NCBI GenBank assembly: GCA_023387585.1
Contig: JAEWHZ010000091.1
Coordinates: forward strand, 10,627 to 74,626
Source: Pseudomonadota bacterium
GTDB taxonomy: Bacteria > Pseudomonadota > Alphaproteobacteria > Rhizobiales > Devosiaceae
Length of the DNA stretch: 64,000 bases
Reading direction: 5' to 3'
Part shown: piece by piece, positions 11,709 through 20,966 of the stretch
Numbering within the stretch: the stretch's first letter is position 1
Layout of the letters: the number at the start of each line of letters is the position of its first letter
Program-made: the position numbers and the translations under genes
Notes under the pieces: generated by a model
Told to the model about the DNA's origin: nothing
Database searches by the model: none
Seen by the model: the letters and a program-made list of their open reading frames with translations, nothing else

Positions 11709-13450
11709 GCCTCGCCCTCCACCGGCTCCGTGCGCCGCACCGCCAGTCCGCCCACCGACAGGCCGGCGGCGGCGAGGCTGGTGGCGATGCCGTCGAGCCC
11801 GGCCCGCAATTCATCCGCGAGCGCATCGTCCTCGGCCCACAGCACGCAGCTTATCCGGTTGCCCGCCAGCCCCACATGCGCCCCGATGGCGCCCGCTTCC
11901 TCGCCCAGCGACACCGAAAAGCTCGCCGTCCAGCGCTGCGCCGCCTTGCCCTCGCTGCCCTGCCGCCCCTCGCGCGTGATGCGCAACGGCAGCGTCAGCG
12001 GCGCGCCGAACAGCATGAACGGCATTTCGAGCCGCCATTCCGCCCCGCCCGCCTGCCGCACCGCCTCGTCGGGCACCGAGCTCGCCTGATGCAGGCGGAT
12101 GCGCCCCAGCACCTCCTCGCCGGCCTGCGCCAGGTTGCGCACCAGCGCCGGCAGCATCTCATCCTCGGCCGGTGGCGGCATTAGGGTGCGATTGCCCGGC
12201 TGATCCTGTCCCACCGGCGGCCGCGCAATGGCATTCACGCCCTCGACCGCTTCCACCGCGCCGCCCATGGCTTTGCCGAGCGTCGCCAGCACCGATTTCA
12301 AATCGCCCTCGCCGCCACCCCGCCCGGCCAGCAGCCGGCTTTCGAGGAACACGCCGGCGTTCCGTACCGCAACCTGCAACTGCGCGCCGGTCAGCGCGCC
12401 GCCCTCGAGGCCAATCGCCCGGCCCGCCAGTTGCGTCACCGCGCGCCGCACCGGGTCGGGCAGTTGCGCCAGCACCGGCAGCGCCTGCTGCACCAGCCCG
12501 TGCAGCCGCGCCACGGCATCGGTGCCGGCCGCGGGCGGGACTGTTCCGGCCATGTTCGGCGCGGGAGCGGCCTGCCCGATGGCGGATAACGGCGCGGACG
12601 GAGCCATGGCCGGCACCGGCTGGACGGGCGCCGTGGGCGTTCCCTGTGGCGGCGCGGCCGGCGCCCCGACCGGCAGGCTCAGCGTCAGTTGCGCCCGCGA
12701 GGCATCGAAGATCGCCGGGATCGGGCTGGCCATCGGCACCGCCAGCGCCGGCGGAAGCTGGATGGTCTGGCTGAAGCCCGGCATCGCGGCGAGATAGCGC
12801 CCCGGCGTCAGCGTCGGCAGCAATTGCACCTGCACCGCCTCCGGCCGCGCCTGCGGCACCGGATTGGTGGCCAGCGCCACCGTCACCTGTACCGGCGGCA
12901 CCACCGGCGCGCTGCCGGCAGGCGCATTCGCCGCAACAACCGCTCCCGCCGGCGTCTGCACCGCCGCCGCGACCGCAGGGGGAACGCCCGGCATCGGGCC
13001 ATAGCCGCCGGTGATCACGGGCGGCCCGCTTGGCGCCGCGACCACCGGGGCCGGTGCGCCCTGCACCGCCGGAGCACCGGCCTGCGGCGGCCCCATGGCC
13101 ATTTGCGCCTGCGCCGACAGCGAGCGCAGCACCGGTGGCACCGGCGCGGCCGCTTCAGGCGAGGCCGATGCGGCCGCCGGCAGCACCGATAGCTGCAAAC
13201 TCTGCCCCGTGCTCTCGATGCGCAGCCGCACCATGCTGCCCACGGGCGGCGGCCGCGGCAGGGTCAGCGCCAGCGAAATCCCCTCGATGTCGACGAGGAC
13301 ATTGCCTGCCTGCCCCGCCGTCTGCGGCAGCACGGCCCGCACCACGGCGTCGAGCACGTCGCCCCGGCGCAGCGCGGCGGCGAGATTGGGTTGCGAGGCC
13401 TGAAGGGATTGGGCGATCCGGGCGATTTCGCTCGAAACGGCGCCCGGCAC
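11705..13450 (-). CDS. Flagellar hook-length control FliK-like protein
   Basis: Pro/Ala-rich body, GVFLESRL, FliK-type C-terminal domain; ATGA-coupled to the FlhB-like gene. Confidence 0.7.
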   Translation of the reverse strand: MPGAVSSEIARIAQSLQASQPNLAAALRRGDVLDAVVRAVLPQTAGQAGNVLVDIEGISLALTLPRPPPVGSMVRLRIESTGQSLQLSVLPAAASASPEAAAPVPPVLRSLSAQAQMAMGPPQAGAPAVQGAPAPVVAAPSGPPVITGGYGPMPGVPPAVAAAVQTPAGAVVAANAPAGSAPVVPPVQVTVALATNPVPQARPEAVQVQLLPTLTPGRYLAAMPGFSQTIQLPPALAVPMASPIPAIFDASRAQLTLSLPVGAPAAPPQGTPTAPVQPVPAMAPSAPLSAIGQAAPAPNMAGTVPPAAGTDAVARLHGLVQQALPVLAQLPDPVRRAVTQLAGRAIGLEGGALTGAQLQVAVRNAGVFLESRLLAGRGGGEGDLKSVLATLGKAMGGAVEAVEGVNAIARPPVGQDQPGNRTLMPPPAEDEMLPALVRNLAQAGEEVLGRIRLHQASSVPDEAVRQAGGAEWRLEMPFMLFGAPLTLPLRITREGRQGSEGKAAQRWTASFSVSLGEEAGAIGAHVGLAGNRISCVLWAEDDALADELRAGLDGIATSLAAAGLSVGGLAVRRTEPVEGEA

Positions 13451-13591
13451 GGTCAGGACCTCCCGCCCGGCATGTCTCGCGGCGATAGCAACCGGCAGGC
13501 GGGCATCATCGGCTCGAACCCTCGCGGCTCATGAAACGCGACCCAACAAAGCTCAGTGTCGGCCGATCGGCCGGGCCGCGCAAGAGCCTGC

Positions 13592-14338
13592 TCAGTTCGA
13601 GCGGATGTCGTTATAATCCTTGGTCGCCGGCTTGCCGCGGAAGGTGACCCAGAAAAAGTTCAGCGTATAGGTCGAGGCGGTCCGGAACACGCCCTCCTTC
13701 TCGAGCCGGCGCCCCGAGGTCTTCATCTTGAGGCGGAAGGTGAACTTGACCTTGCCCACCCGCGACAGGCGCACCGCGACATCGGTGTCTTCCCCGAAGA
13801 ACTGGATCGAGCGGTCATAGCCGCCCACCTGTGCCCAGGCCGCGCGGCGGAAGACGAAATTGCCCCCCTGCACCACCGAGCCGACCCGCAGGATGTAGTG
13901 GTTGAGGATATAGATGGCGTAGGTCAGCCAGTAGAAGGCGCCGACGAGGAAGCGATTCCACGCCGACATGTCGTAATAGACATAGGGGCCGGACAGGCAC
14001 ACCAGCCGTTCGTTGCTCGCGAATTCGTCGAACACGACGTCGAGCCAGCCCTCGGGCACCATGGTGTCGGAATCGATATTGGCCACGAGGTCGGCATCGG
14101 TCGCCTGGAAGCCGGCGTCACGCGCGTTCACCAGCCCCTTCTTGGCTTCGTCGACGACCCGCACGCCGGGAAAGCTGCCGGCGATCTCGCCGGTGCGGTC
14201 GGTCGAAGCATTGTTGACGACGATCACCTCGCACTGGTCTGCCCGGCCCGAACGCTCGATCTCGGCCAGCACCGAGGTCAGGCATTTGCCGATCAGCATT
14301 TCCTCGTTGAAGGCGGGGATGACGAAGGCGAGCCGCAT
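13592..14338 (-). CDS. Glycosyltransferase family 2
   Basis: FVIPAFNEE, VVNNASTDRT, NIDSD (DxD), FFGEDTD. Confidence 0.88.
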   Translation of the reverse strand: MRLAFVIPAFNEEMLIGKCLTSVLAEIERSGRADQCEVIVVNNASTDRTGEIAGSFPGVRVVDEAKKGLVNARDAGFQATDADLVANIDSDTMVPEGWLDVVFDEFASNERLVCLSGPYVYYDMSAWNRFLVGAFYWLTYAIYILNHYILRVGSVVQGGNFVFRRAAWAQVGGYDRSIQFFGEDTDVAVRLSRVGKVKFTFRLKMKTSGRRLEKEGVFRTASTYTLNFFWVTFRGKPATKDYNDIRSN

Positions 14339-14495
14339 GCCTGCTCCGGAAGCCGGTTGGTCAATCGCACCGACATATCCAAACCGAGACCGGGGGGCAA
14401 CCGGAGCCATGGCGGCACTGTTCATCTTCGCGGCGTTCAGATACCTTCAATGCGCGTTCAGACTCCGTTCATCGACGCTGTTTGAGGGTGGGTAC

Positions 14496-15287
14496 ATGAT
14501 GTTTGCAGCGTTCAGAATCGCCCGGTTTCTCGCGGTTTTCTCGGCTTTCGCCGCGTTCGCCATTCCGGCCTTCGCGGCCAATGAGGGTCGCGCCGTCGGC
14601 GTCGATCCCGAGGCGTCGGCGCTTGGCGCCGGGGTCATCCGCACCCTCGTGGTCGGCACCGACGTTTCGGTCGGCGAGCGCATCGACACCGGCCCGAGCG
14701 GTCAGGTCCAGCTGGTTTTCGTCGACCAGACGCGGCTGGTGGTGGGGCCGGGAAGTTCTTTATTGATAGAGACTTACCTGCTGCGCGGCGGCACCAGCGC
14801 CGAGCGCGTGGTGGTCGATGCGCTGGGCGGCACCTTCCGCTTCATCAGCGGCAACAGCCCCAGTTCGGCCTATCGGATCAACACCCCCTCGGCCACCATC
14901 GGCGTGCGCGGCACCGGTTTCGACATCTTCGTCGCCCGCAACCTTTCGGGCGCCATGGTCTATAACGGCGCCGTCGAGTTCTGCGCCAATGGCGCCTGCG
15001 TCCTGCTCGCCGACCGCTGCGACATCGCCATCGGTGGCGGAAGCACCGCTACATCCTTGTTTTCGCAGGAAAATCCGGAGCGTGAAGAGTATGTCGGCGC
15101 CTTCCGTTATGCCCGGTTCCAGACGCCCCTGCTCCCCGATTTCCGCATCGGCGGCGCCAATCGCTGCACCGAACCCCCCGCCGCCCGCAATGACGGCGTC
15201 ATGAGCTCCGAGAGTTCGGGATCGTCCGTCGCCACCACCCCGCAAGAGCCGCCGCCCTCCGGTCAGGGCGGCTCGACCGTTCCGTAA
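14496..15287 (+). CDS. FecR-domain exported protein
   Basis: Signal peptide; GERIDTGPSGQVQLVFVDQT; INTPSATIGVRGT. Confidence 0.75.
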   Translation: MMFAAFRIARFLAVFSAFAAFAIPAFAANEGRAVGVDPEASALGAGVIRTLVVGTDVSVGERIDTGPSGQVQLVFVDQTRLVVGPGSSLLIETYLLRGGTSAERVVVDALGGTFRFISGNSPSSAYRINTPSATIGVRGTGFDIFVARNLSGAMVYNGAVEFCANGACVLLADRCDIAIGGGSTATSLFSQENPEREEYVGAFRYARFQTPLLPDFRIGGANRCTEPPAARNDGVMSSESSGSSVATTPQEPPPSGQGGSTVP

Positions 15288-15308
15288 AACCCTAAACAAA
15301 GCAAAGCC

Positions 15309-16097
15309 TTGGATACGGAACCTCAACAAGACACGTTCACCCGGCTGCGCTCGAAACTCCGGATTCTCTATCACGGCCATTCGCCGCGCGCCGTCCGGTT
15401 CCAGATCGGCGTCTTCGTCCTCGATCTCGTCATCCTGGGCTTCTTCGTCGCCTCGCCCCTGCTGCGCGGCAAGCCGTATTTCCTTTGGATCGACTACGCC
15501 ATCGCCGCCCTGCTGACGCTCGACCTCGTGGCACGGGGCCTTGCCACCAGCGATATCGGCAAATGGCTGCGCCAGCTGCATGTCGTCGTCGACATCTTCA
15601 TCCTTTTGACGCTGCTGTTGCCGGGCCTGTTCGCCAATCTCGGCTTCCTGCGCATCCTGCGGCTGTGGACCATCAGCCGCGGCGGCTTCATCTGGCGCCC
15701 GCTGGTCCGGCACAAGCTGGAGCGCTGGCGCGATCCGGCGCAGGCGGCGATCAATCTCCTGGTTTTCCTTTTCGTCGTAACCGGCTTTGTCTACACGTTT
15801 TTCGTCAACCGCAGCGAAGGCATCGAAGGTTATGTCGATGCGCTCTATTTCACCGTCGCGACCATGACGACCACCGGGTTCGGCGACGTCACCCTGCCCG
15901 GCACCTTCGGCCGGCTGACCTCGGTTCTGGTGATGATCATCGGCATCTCGCTGTTCGTGCGGCTGGCCCAGGCGGTGTTCCGCCCCCACAAGGTGCATTT
16001 CTCCTGCCCCGAATGCGGCCTCAACCGGCACGATCCCGACGCCGTGCATTGCAAGGCCTGCGGACATATCCTCAACATCCCGGATACCGGGCGCTAA
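15309..16097 (+). CDS. Potassium channel family protein with C-terminal Cys-rich motif
   Basis: Filter-like TTTGFGD; S4-like LRILRL; CPECG...CKACG. Confidence 0.85.
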   Translation: MDTEPQQDTFTRLRSKLRILYHGHSPRAVRFQIGVFVLDLVILGFFVASPLLRGKPYFLWIDYAIAALLTLDLVARGLATSDIGKWLRQLHVVVDIFILLTLLLPGLFANLGFLRILRLWTISRGGFIWRPLVRHKLERWRDPAQAAINLLVFLFVVTGFVYTFFVNRSEGIEGYVDALYFTVATMTTTGFGDVTLPGTFGRLTSVLVMIIGISLFVRLAQAVFRPHKVHFSCPECGLNRHDPDAVHCKACGHILNIPDTGR

Positions 16098-16114
16098 CGT
16101 TTTGGATATCCGGA

Positions 16115-16861
16115 CTATTCTTCTGCGGCGGCGGGACTTATGGCGATGCCTTCGCCTTCGAGAGCCGCCCGCACCTCACGCGCCAGATGCATCGCACCCG
16201 GCGTATCGCCATGGAGGCATATCGATCGCGCGCCCGACTTGATCACGCTGCCGTCGATGGCGACGATCTCGCCCTTTTTCGCAAGCCGCAGGCACCGGGC
16301 GATGACCTCTTCGGCATCCTCGATCACCGCACCCGGCTGGCTGCGCGGTACGAGCAGGCCGTCGGGCAGATAGGCCCGGTCGGCATAGGCTTCGCGAATG
16401 ATCGGCATGCCCACGGCCCGGGCGCCCCGCACCTGCTGGCTGCCATCGAGCACCAGTGCCGCCATATGGGGGTCCATGCCCTGCATGGCGCCGAAGACCG
16501 CGACGGCGAGCGGCATCTGCTCTGCGGTTTCGTTGGCCAGCGCGCCGTGCAATTTGACATAGGCGACCGGCATGCCGACCTCGCCTGCAATGCCGCGGAT
16601 CAGCGCCATTTGCGCGCGCAGCTGCGCCAGAAGCTGGTCGAGCGGCATCACGACGCGGAAACGCCCGAAGCGCTTGCGATCGGCATAGCCGGGATGAGCA
16701 CCGGCGCGCACGCCGCGTTCCTTGCAGATTTCGAGGATACGGCGGATGGTCGGCGCATCGCCGGCATGTCCGCCACAGGCGATGGACGCGCTGGATACCA
16801 CCTCCAGCAGGGCGTCGTCCGTGCCCTGCCCCTCGCCCAGATCGGCATTGAGATCGATCAT
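16115..16861 (-). CDS. pxpA: 5-oxoprolinase subunit A (LamB/YcsF)
   Basis: IDLNADLGEG, IACGGHAGD, GAHPGYADR, KLHGAL, SICLHGD. Confidence 0.92.
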   Translation of the reverse strand: MIDLNADLGEGQGTDDALLEVVSSASIACGGHAGDAPTIRRILEICKERGVRAGAHPGYADRKRFGRFRVVMPLDQLLAQLRAQMALIRGIAGEVGMPVAYVKLHGALANETAEQMPLAVAVFGAMQGMDPHMAALVLDGSQQVRGARAVGMPIIREAYADRAYLPDGLLVPRSQPGAVIEDAEEVIARCLRLAKKGEIVAIDGSVIKSGARSICLHGDTPGAMHLAREVRAALEGEGIAISPAAAEE

Positions 16862-17763
16862 GTCGTGCTGCCTCGCACCAGCCTCGCCGCATGTTCCGGA
16901 CTGACGGATTCGAACGATACTAACGTACCGGGACGCAACTGGAACAGCCGGTCGAGATCGAACGGCAGAACGGTGGCGATGCGCGGATAGCCGCCGGTGG
17001 GCTGATGATCGCGCCCGAGCACCACCGGCGTGCCGTCGCCGAGAATCTGGATATCCCCCGGCACGGCGAGATCGGAGACGAGATCGAGACGCGCAGCATG
17101 ACGGAAAACCCCGTGCCGGTCGTCGAGCCGCATGCCCATGCGGTCCATGGCTCCGGTCACGGCAAAAGCGTTGTCCAGAAAGGCCTGCCGCACCGCAGGC
17201 GCGAACAGCTCGGCATGCAGGCCCCAGGTGACCCGCAAGGGCTCTCGCGTCGAAGCCGGGTAAATCTCCGCTGGCTGCCGCATCGCTTCAGGACCGAGCG
17301 GCAAGAGATCGCCGGCACGCAAGGCCCTGCCATCGAGCCCGCCGAGAGCCGCCCGGACATTGGTGGCGCGACTGCCCAGCACCTGGGGTATGTCCAGCTC
17401 GCGCGACGCGCGCAGATAGGCGAAATTCCCGGCGCGTCCGGGCACGATGCGCAGCACCTGTCCCGGCTCCCAGATGGCGGTGAAGGGCCAGTCGAGCGGA
17501 TCGCCATCGAGGGTCGCGACAAACCGGCCGCCGGCGGCGCCGATCCACAGTTCCGTCTCACCTTCGAGGACCAGTTCGAGCCCGCCGGCGGAAATCTCGA
17601 TACCGGCGGAACCGGCGGTTTCGAGTCCATCGGCCGCCTCGGCGAACGCGCCGCGATCCATCGGTCCCGAAGCGCTTAGCCCATAGGCCAGCAGGCCGGG
17701 GCGACCGTCATCCTGGATCGTCGTTCCCGGCCCGGCGGCGCGGATGCGGATGGCGTCGGTCAT
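16858..17763 (-). CDS. pxpC: 5-oxoprolinase subunit C
   Basis: TTIQDDGRPG, SGPMDR, DRMGMRL, DHQPTGGYPRIA; ATGA overlaps. Confidence 0.88.
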   Translation of the reverse strand: MTDAIRIRAAGPGTTIQDDGRPGLLAYGLSASGPMDRGAFAEAADGLETAGSAGIEISAGGLELVLEGETELWIGAAGGRFVATLDGDPLDWPFTAIWEPGQVLRIVPGRAGNFAYLRASRELDIPQVLGSRATNVRAALGGLDGRALRAGDLLPLGPEAMRQPAEIYPASTREPLRVTWGLHAELFAPAVRQAFLDNAFAVTGAMDRMGMRLDDRHGVFRHAARLDLVSDLAVPGDIQILGDGTPVVLGRDHQPTGGYPRIATVLPFDLDRLFQLRPGTLVSFESVSPEHAARLVRGSTT

Positions 17764-18428
17764 GCGGGCGAAAAGCTCACGACATCGCCGGGACGCAGTT
17801 GCGAGGGCGGATCGCGGGCGGGATCGAAATTTCGCAAATCCGTATGACCGATCACGTGCCAGCCGGTGGGAATTTCGGTGGCGCAGATGGCCGTCTGGCC
17901 AGCAGCGAACAGCACCGTTCCGGCAGGCACGCCCGGCCGCACCGCAGTGCGGCGCGGCACGACGAGTTCGTCGGCATGGAAGCCGCAATAGACGAATCCG
18001 GGCGCGAAGCCGATGGCGAGCACGCGCAGTTCATCGATGTGATGGCGAGCGATGAAGGCCTCGACCGACATGCCGAGCCGTTCGGCGACAGCGTCGAGAT
18101 CGGGTCCGTCATAGGTGATGGAAACGTCGTGGCGACGGGCATCGAGAACACGATGTGCATCGAGTCGAACCATGCGCAGGCGTGCTTCCCCGGCCACGCC
18201 TGCCGCCGTCGTTGTCTCGGGATCGTAGCGCAGTCCGACCGAAACCAGGCTGGGGACGATCTCCACCACCCCACTGATGGCATCGCCTTTTACGTCCTGC
18301 ACGAAGGCCAGTGCCGTGCGGTTGGCGGCATCGTCGAGCCTGTCGGCGAAGCGCACCACCAGCATGTCGGCACCGACCGGCACGAAGCGGGCAATGGCTC
18401 TGCCGTGGGAAAAAGCCTGGTCGGACAT
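17760..18428 (-). CDS. pxpB: 5-oxoprolinase subunit B
   Basis: YDGPDL, IGFAPGFVY, VPAGTV, PTGWHVIGHT. Confidence 0.88.
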   Translation of the reverse strand: MSDQAFSHGRAIARFVPVGADMLVVRFADRLDDAANRTALAFVQDVKGDAISGVVEIVPSLVSVGLRYDPETTTAAGVAGEARLRMVRLDAHRVLDARRHDVSITYDGPDLDAVAERLGMSVEAFIARHHIDELRVLAIGFAPGFVYCGFHADELVVPRRTAVRPGVPAGTVLFAAGQTAICATEIPTGWHVIGHTDLRNFDPARDPPSQLRPGDVVSFSPA

Positions 18429-18504
18429 GGCGCGATCTGATCGTGATTTGCGCCCTTATTGCAAGATGCTTGAGCCGAAAGCGGAACTCGGCCACAAGCC
18501 GCGA

Positions 18505-20946
18505 ATGGTTCCAACCCTGCCCCCGCTGCCGATCGACGATGTCTTGCCGGCGCTGATGCAGGCGCTGGAGGCGTCCAGTTCGGCCGTTCTCGTCGCGCCC
18601 CCGGGTGCCGGCAAGACCACGCGGGTACCGCTGGCGCTGCTCGATGCACGCTGGCGCGGCGAAGGCCGCATCATCATGCTAGAGCCGCGCCGCGTCGCCG
18701 CCCGTGCCGCCGCGCAGCAGATGGCGCGGCTGCTCGGCGAAGCGGTGGGCGAGACCGTGGGCTATCGCGTGCGCCTCGACAGCCGCGTATCGGCGCAGAC
18801 GCGCATCGAAGTGGTCACCGAGGGCGTGTTCACCCGCCGCATCCTGGCCGATCCCGAATTGCGCGGGGTCGCTGCGGTGCTGTTCGACGAGTTCCACGAG
18901 CGCAGCCTCGACGCCGATTTCGGGCTGGCGCTGGCGCTCGACGCGCGCGCCCTGCGGCCGGATCTACGGCTGGTGGTGATGTCGGCGACGCTAGATGCCG
19001 GCAGCGTCGCCGAGCTGCTCGACGGCTGTCCCGTGATCGAGGCCAAGGGGCGCGCCTTCGACGTGACGACCTTTTATAGCCCCGCCCCGGCCGACAGGCG
19101 CCTCGAAGACCATCTCGCGCGCGTCGTGGGCGAGGCGCTGGCGGCGCATGACGGGTCGGCGCTGGTCTTCGTGCCCGGCCAGGCAGAGATGCGGCGCACG
19201 GCGGAGCGGCTGACGGGACGCCTGCCCGCCAATTGCGATCTGTTCACCCTTTCCGGCCAGCAGCGGGCACCGGAGCAGGATGCCGCCATTCGCCCCGCAC
19301 GGCCGGGTCGGCGCAAAATCGTTCTGGCGACGGCGGTGGCGCAGACCTCGCTGACCATCGAGGACGTGCGCATCGTCATCGATTCCGGGCTGGCGCGGCT
19401 GCCCGCCTATGACCCCGCGACCGGGCTGACCAGCCTTGTCACCCGGCACGTGTCGCAGGCAGCGGCCGAACAGCGGCGCGGGCGCGCGGGGCGCGTGGCG
19501 CCGGGCGTATGCTACCGGCTATGGGCCGAGGGGCAGACACGCGCGCTGATCCCGTTCGACCCGCCGGAAATCACCGAGGCCGATCTGAGCGGGCTGGTGC
19601 TCGATTGCGCGGCCTGGGGCGTGCGCGACCCCGCACAGCTGCGTTTTTTCACCCCGCCGCCGCCCGCCGCCTGGCAGGAAGCAGTGGAGCTTCTGCGCAG
19701 GCTCGGGGCGCTGGACGAGGCCGGCGCCATCACGCCCGACGGCAAGGCGATGGTGCGCTTTCCGGTGCATCCGCGGCTGGCGCATATGCTAGCACGCGGC
19801 GCGGGAACGCTGGCCGCGGAACTCGCTGTGCTGCTGGGCGAACGCGGGCTGGGCGGCGATGCGGTCGATCTCGTGACGCGGCTCGACAGCTTCCGCCGCG
19901 ATCGTAGCCCACGCGCCGAGGATGCGCGCCGGCTGGCACGGCGCTGGATCGGCGACGGCGATACCGCCGATGCCGGCAATGCCTCGATCGGCGCGCTGGT
20001 GGCGCTCGCCTATCCCGACCGGCTGGCGCAGCGCACCGGCGCCGGGCGCTATCGGCTGGCCAATGGGCGCGGCGCCCGCCTCGATCCCGCCTTGCCGCTG
20101 GCGCGCGAACCCTTTCTCGCCGTGGCCGAAGTCAGCGGCGACGCGGCCCATGGCCAGATTCGTTCTGCCGCCGCCATAGACATCGCCGATATCCGCGAGC
20201 TGTTCACCGCGCGCCTCTCCATCGGGGTGACGCTGGAATTCGACCCGCAAGCGGGCGCCGTGCGCGCGCGACAGGCAACGCGGCTGGACACCCTTGTGCT
20301 CGCCGAGTCACCGCAGCCGGTGCCGGCGAGTACCGAGGTGGCGGCTCTTCTCGCCCATGCGGCGGCACAGGCCGGCATCGGTTCGCTGGGCTGGTCACGG
20401 GCGCAGCGTCAATTGCGCCAGCGCGCGAGCTTTCTGCACCGCACCCTGGGCGAAGCGTGGCCGGACCTGTCGGACGACGCCCTTGCCCGCAACGTCGAAA
20501 ACTGGCTGGAGCCCGTGATCGGCGGACTTTCGCGCCTCGACGAGATCGACGCAGATATCCTCGAAGCCGCGCTGGCATCGCTGCTGCCACATGCGCAGAG
20601 GCGCGAGCTCGACACGCTGCTGCCCAGCCATTTCGAAGCACCGACGGGTTCGCGCATTCCCATCGACTACGAAGCGGAGAACGGTCCGGCGATCGCCGTA
20701 CGGGTGCAGGAATTGTTCGGGCTCGACCGGCACCCGGGCATAGCCGGCGGACGCCTGCCGCTGCTCGTCATCCTGCTGTCGCCGGCGCAGCGGCCGATCC
20801 AGGCGACGCGCGACCTGCCCGGCTTCTGGCGCGGCAGTTGGAAGGACGTGGCGCGCGACCTCAAGGGCCGCTATCCACGCCACCCCTGGCCCGACGACCC
20901 GCTGGCCGCGCCACCCACCACCCGCGCCAAACCCCGCTCCCGCTAG
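18505..20946 (+). CDS. hrpB: ATP-dependent helicase HrpB
   Basis: APPGAGKTT, DEFHERS, MSAT, QRRGRAGR; C-terminal DLKGRYPRHPWPDDP. Confidence 0.95.
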   Translation: MVPTLPPLPIDDVLPALMQALEASSSAVLVAPPGAGKTTRVPLALLDARWRGEGRIIMLEPRRVAARAAAQQMARLLGEAVGETVGYRVRLDSRVSAQTRIEVVTEGVFTRRILADPELRGVAAVLFDEFHERSLDADFGLALALDARALRPDLRLVVMSATLDAGSVAELLDGCPVIEAKGRAFDVTTFYSPAPADRRLEDHLARVVGEALAAHDGSALVFVPGQAEMRRTAERLTGRLPANCDLFTLSGQQRAPEQDAAIRPARPGRRKIVLATAVAQTSLTIEDVRIVIDSGLARLPAYDPATGLTSLVTRHVSQAAAEQRRGRAGRVAPGVCYRLWAEGQTRALIPFDPPEITEADLSGLVLDCAAWGVRDPAQLRFFTPPPPAAWQEAVELLRRLGALDEAGAITPDGKAMVRFPVHPRLAHMLARGAGTLAAELAVLLGERGLGGDAVDLVTRLDSFRRDRSPRAEDARRLARRWIGDGDTADAGNASIGALVALAYPDRLAQRTGAGRYRLANGRGARLDPALPLAREPFLAVAEVSGDAAHGQIRSAAAIDIADIRELFTARLSIGVTLEFDPQAGAVRARQATRLDTLVLAESPQPVPASTEVAALLAHAAAQAGIGSLGWSRAQRQLRQRASFLHRTLGEAWPDLSDDALARNVENWLEPVIGGLSRLDEIDADILEAALASLLPHAQRRELDTLLPSHFEAPTGSRIPIDYEAENGPAIAVRVQELFGLDRHPGIAGGRLPLLVILLSPAQRPIQATRDLPGFWRGSWKDVARDLKGRYPRHPWPDDPLAAPPTTRAKPRSR

Positions 20947-20966
20947 ACAGCGACAGCGCCGAACGG

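Noticed and set aside
11418..13450. Orphan fliK/flhB-like pair
   Set aside because: A common arrangement; the low complexity is ordinary Pro/Ala-rich coding.
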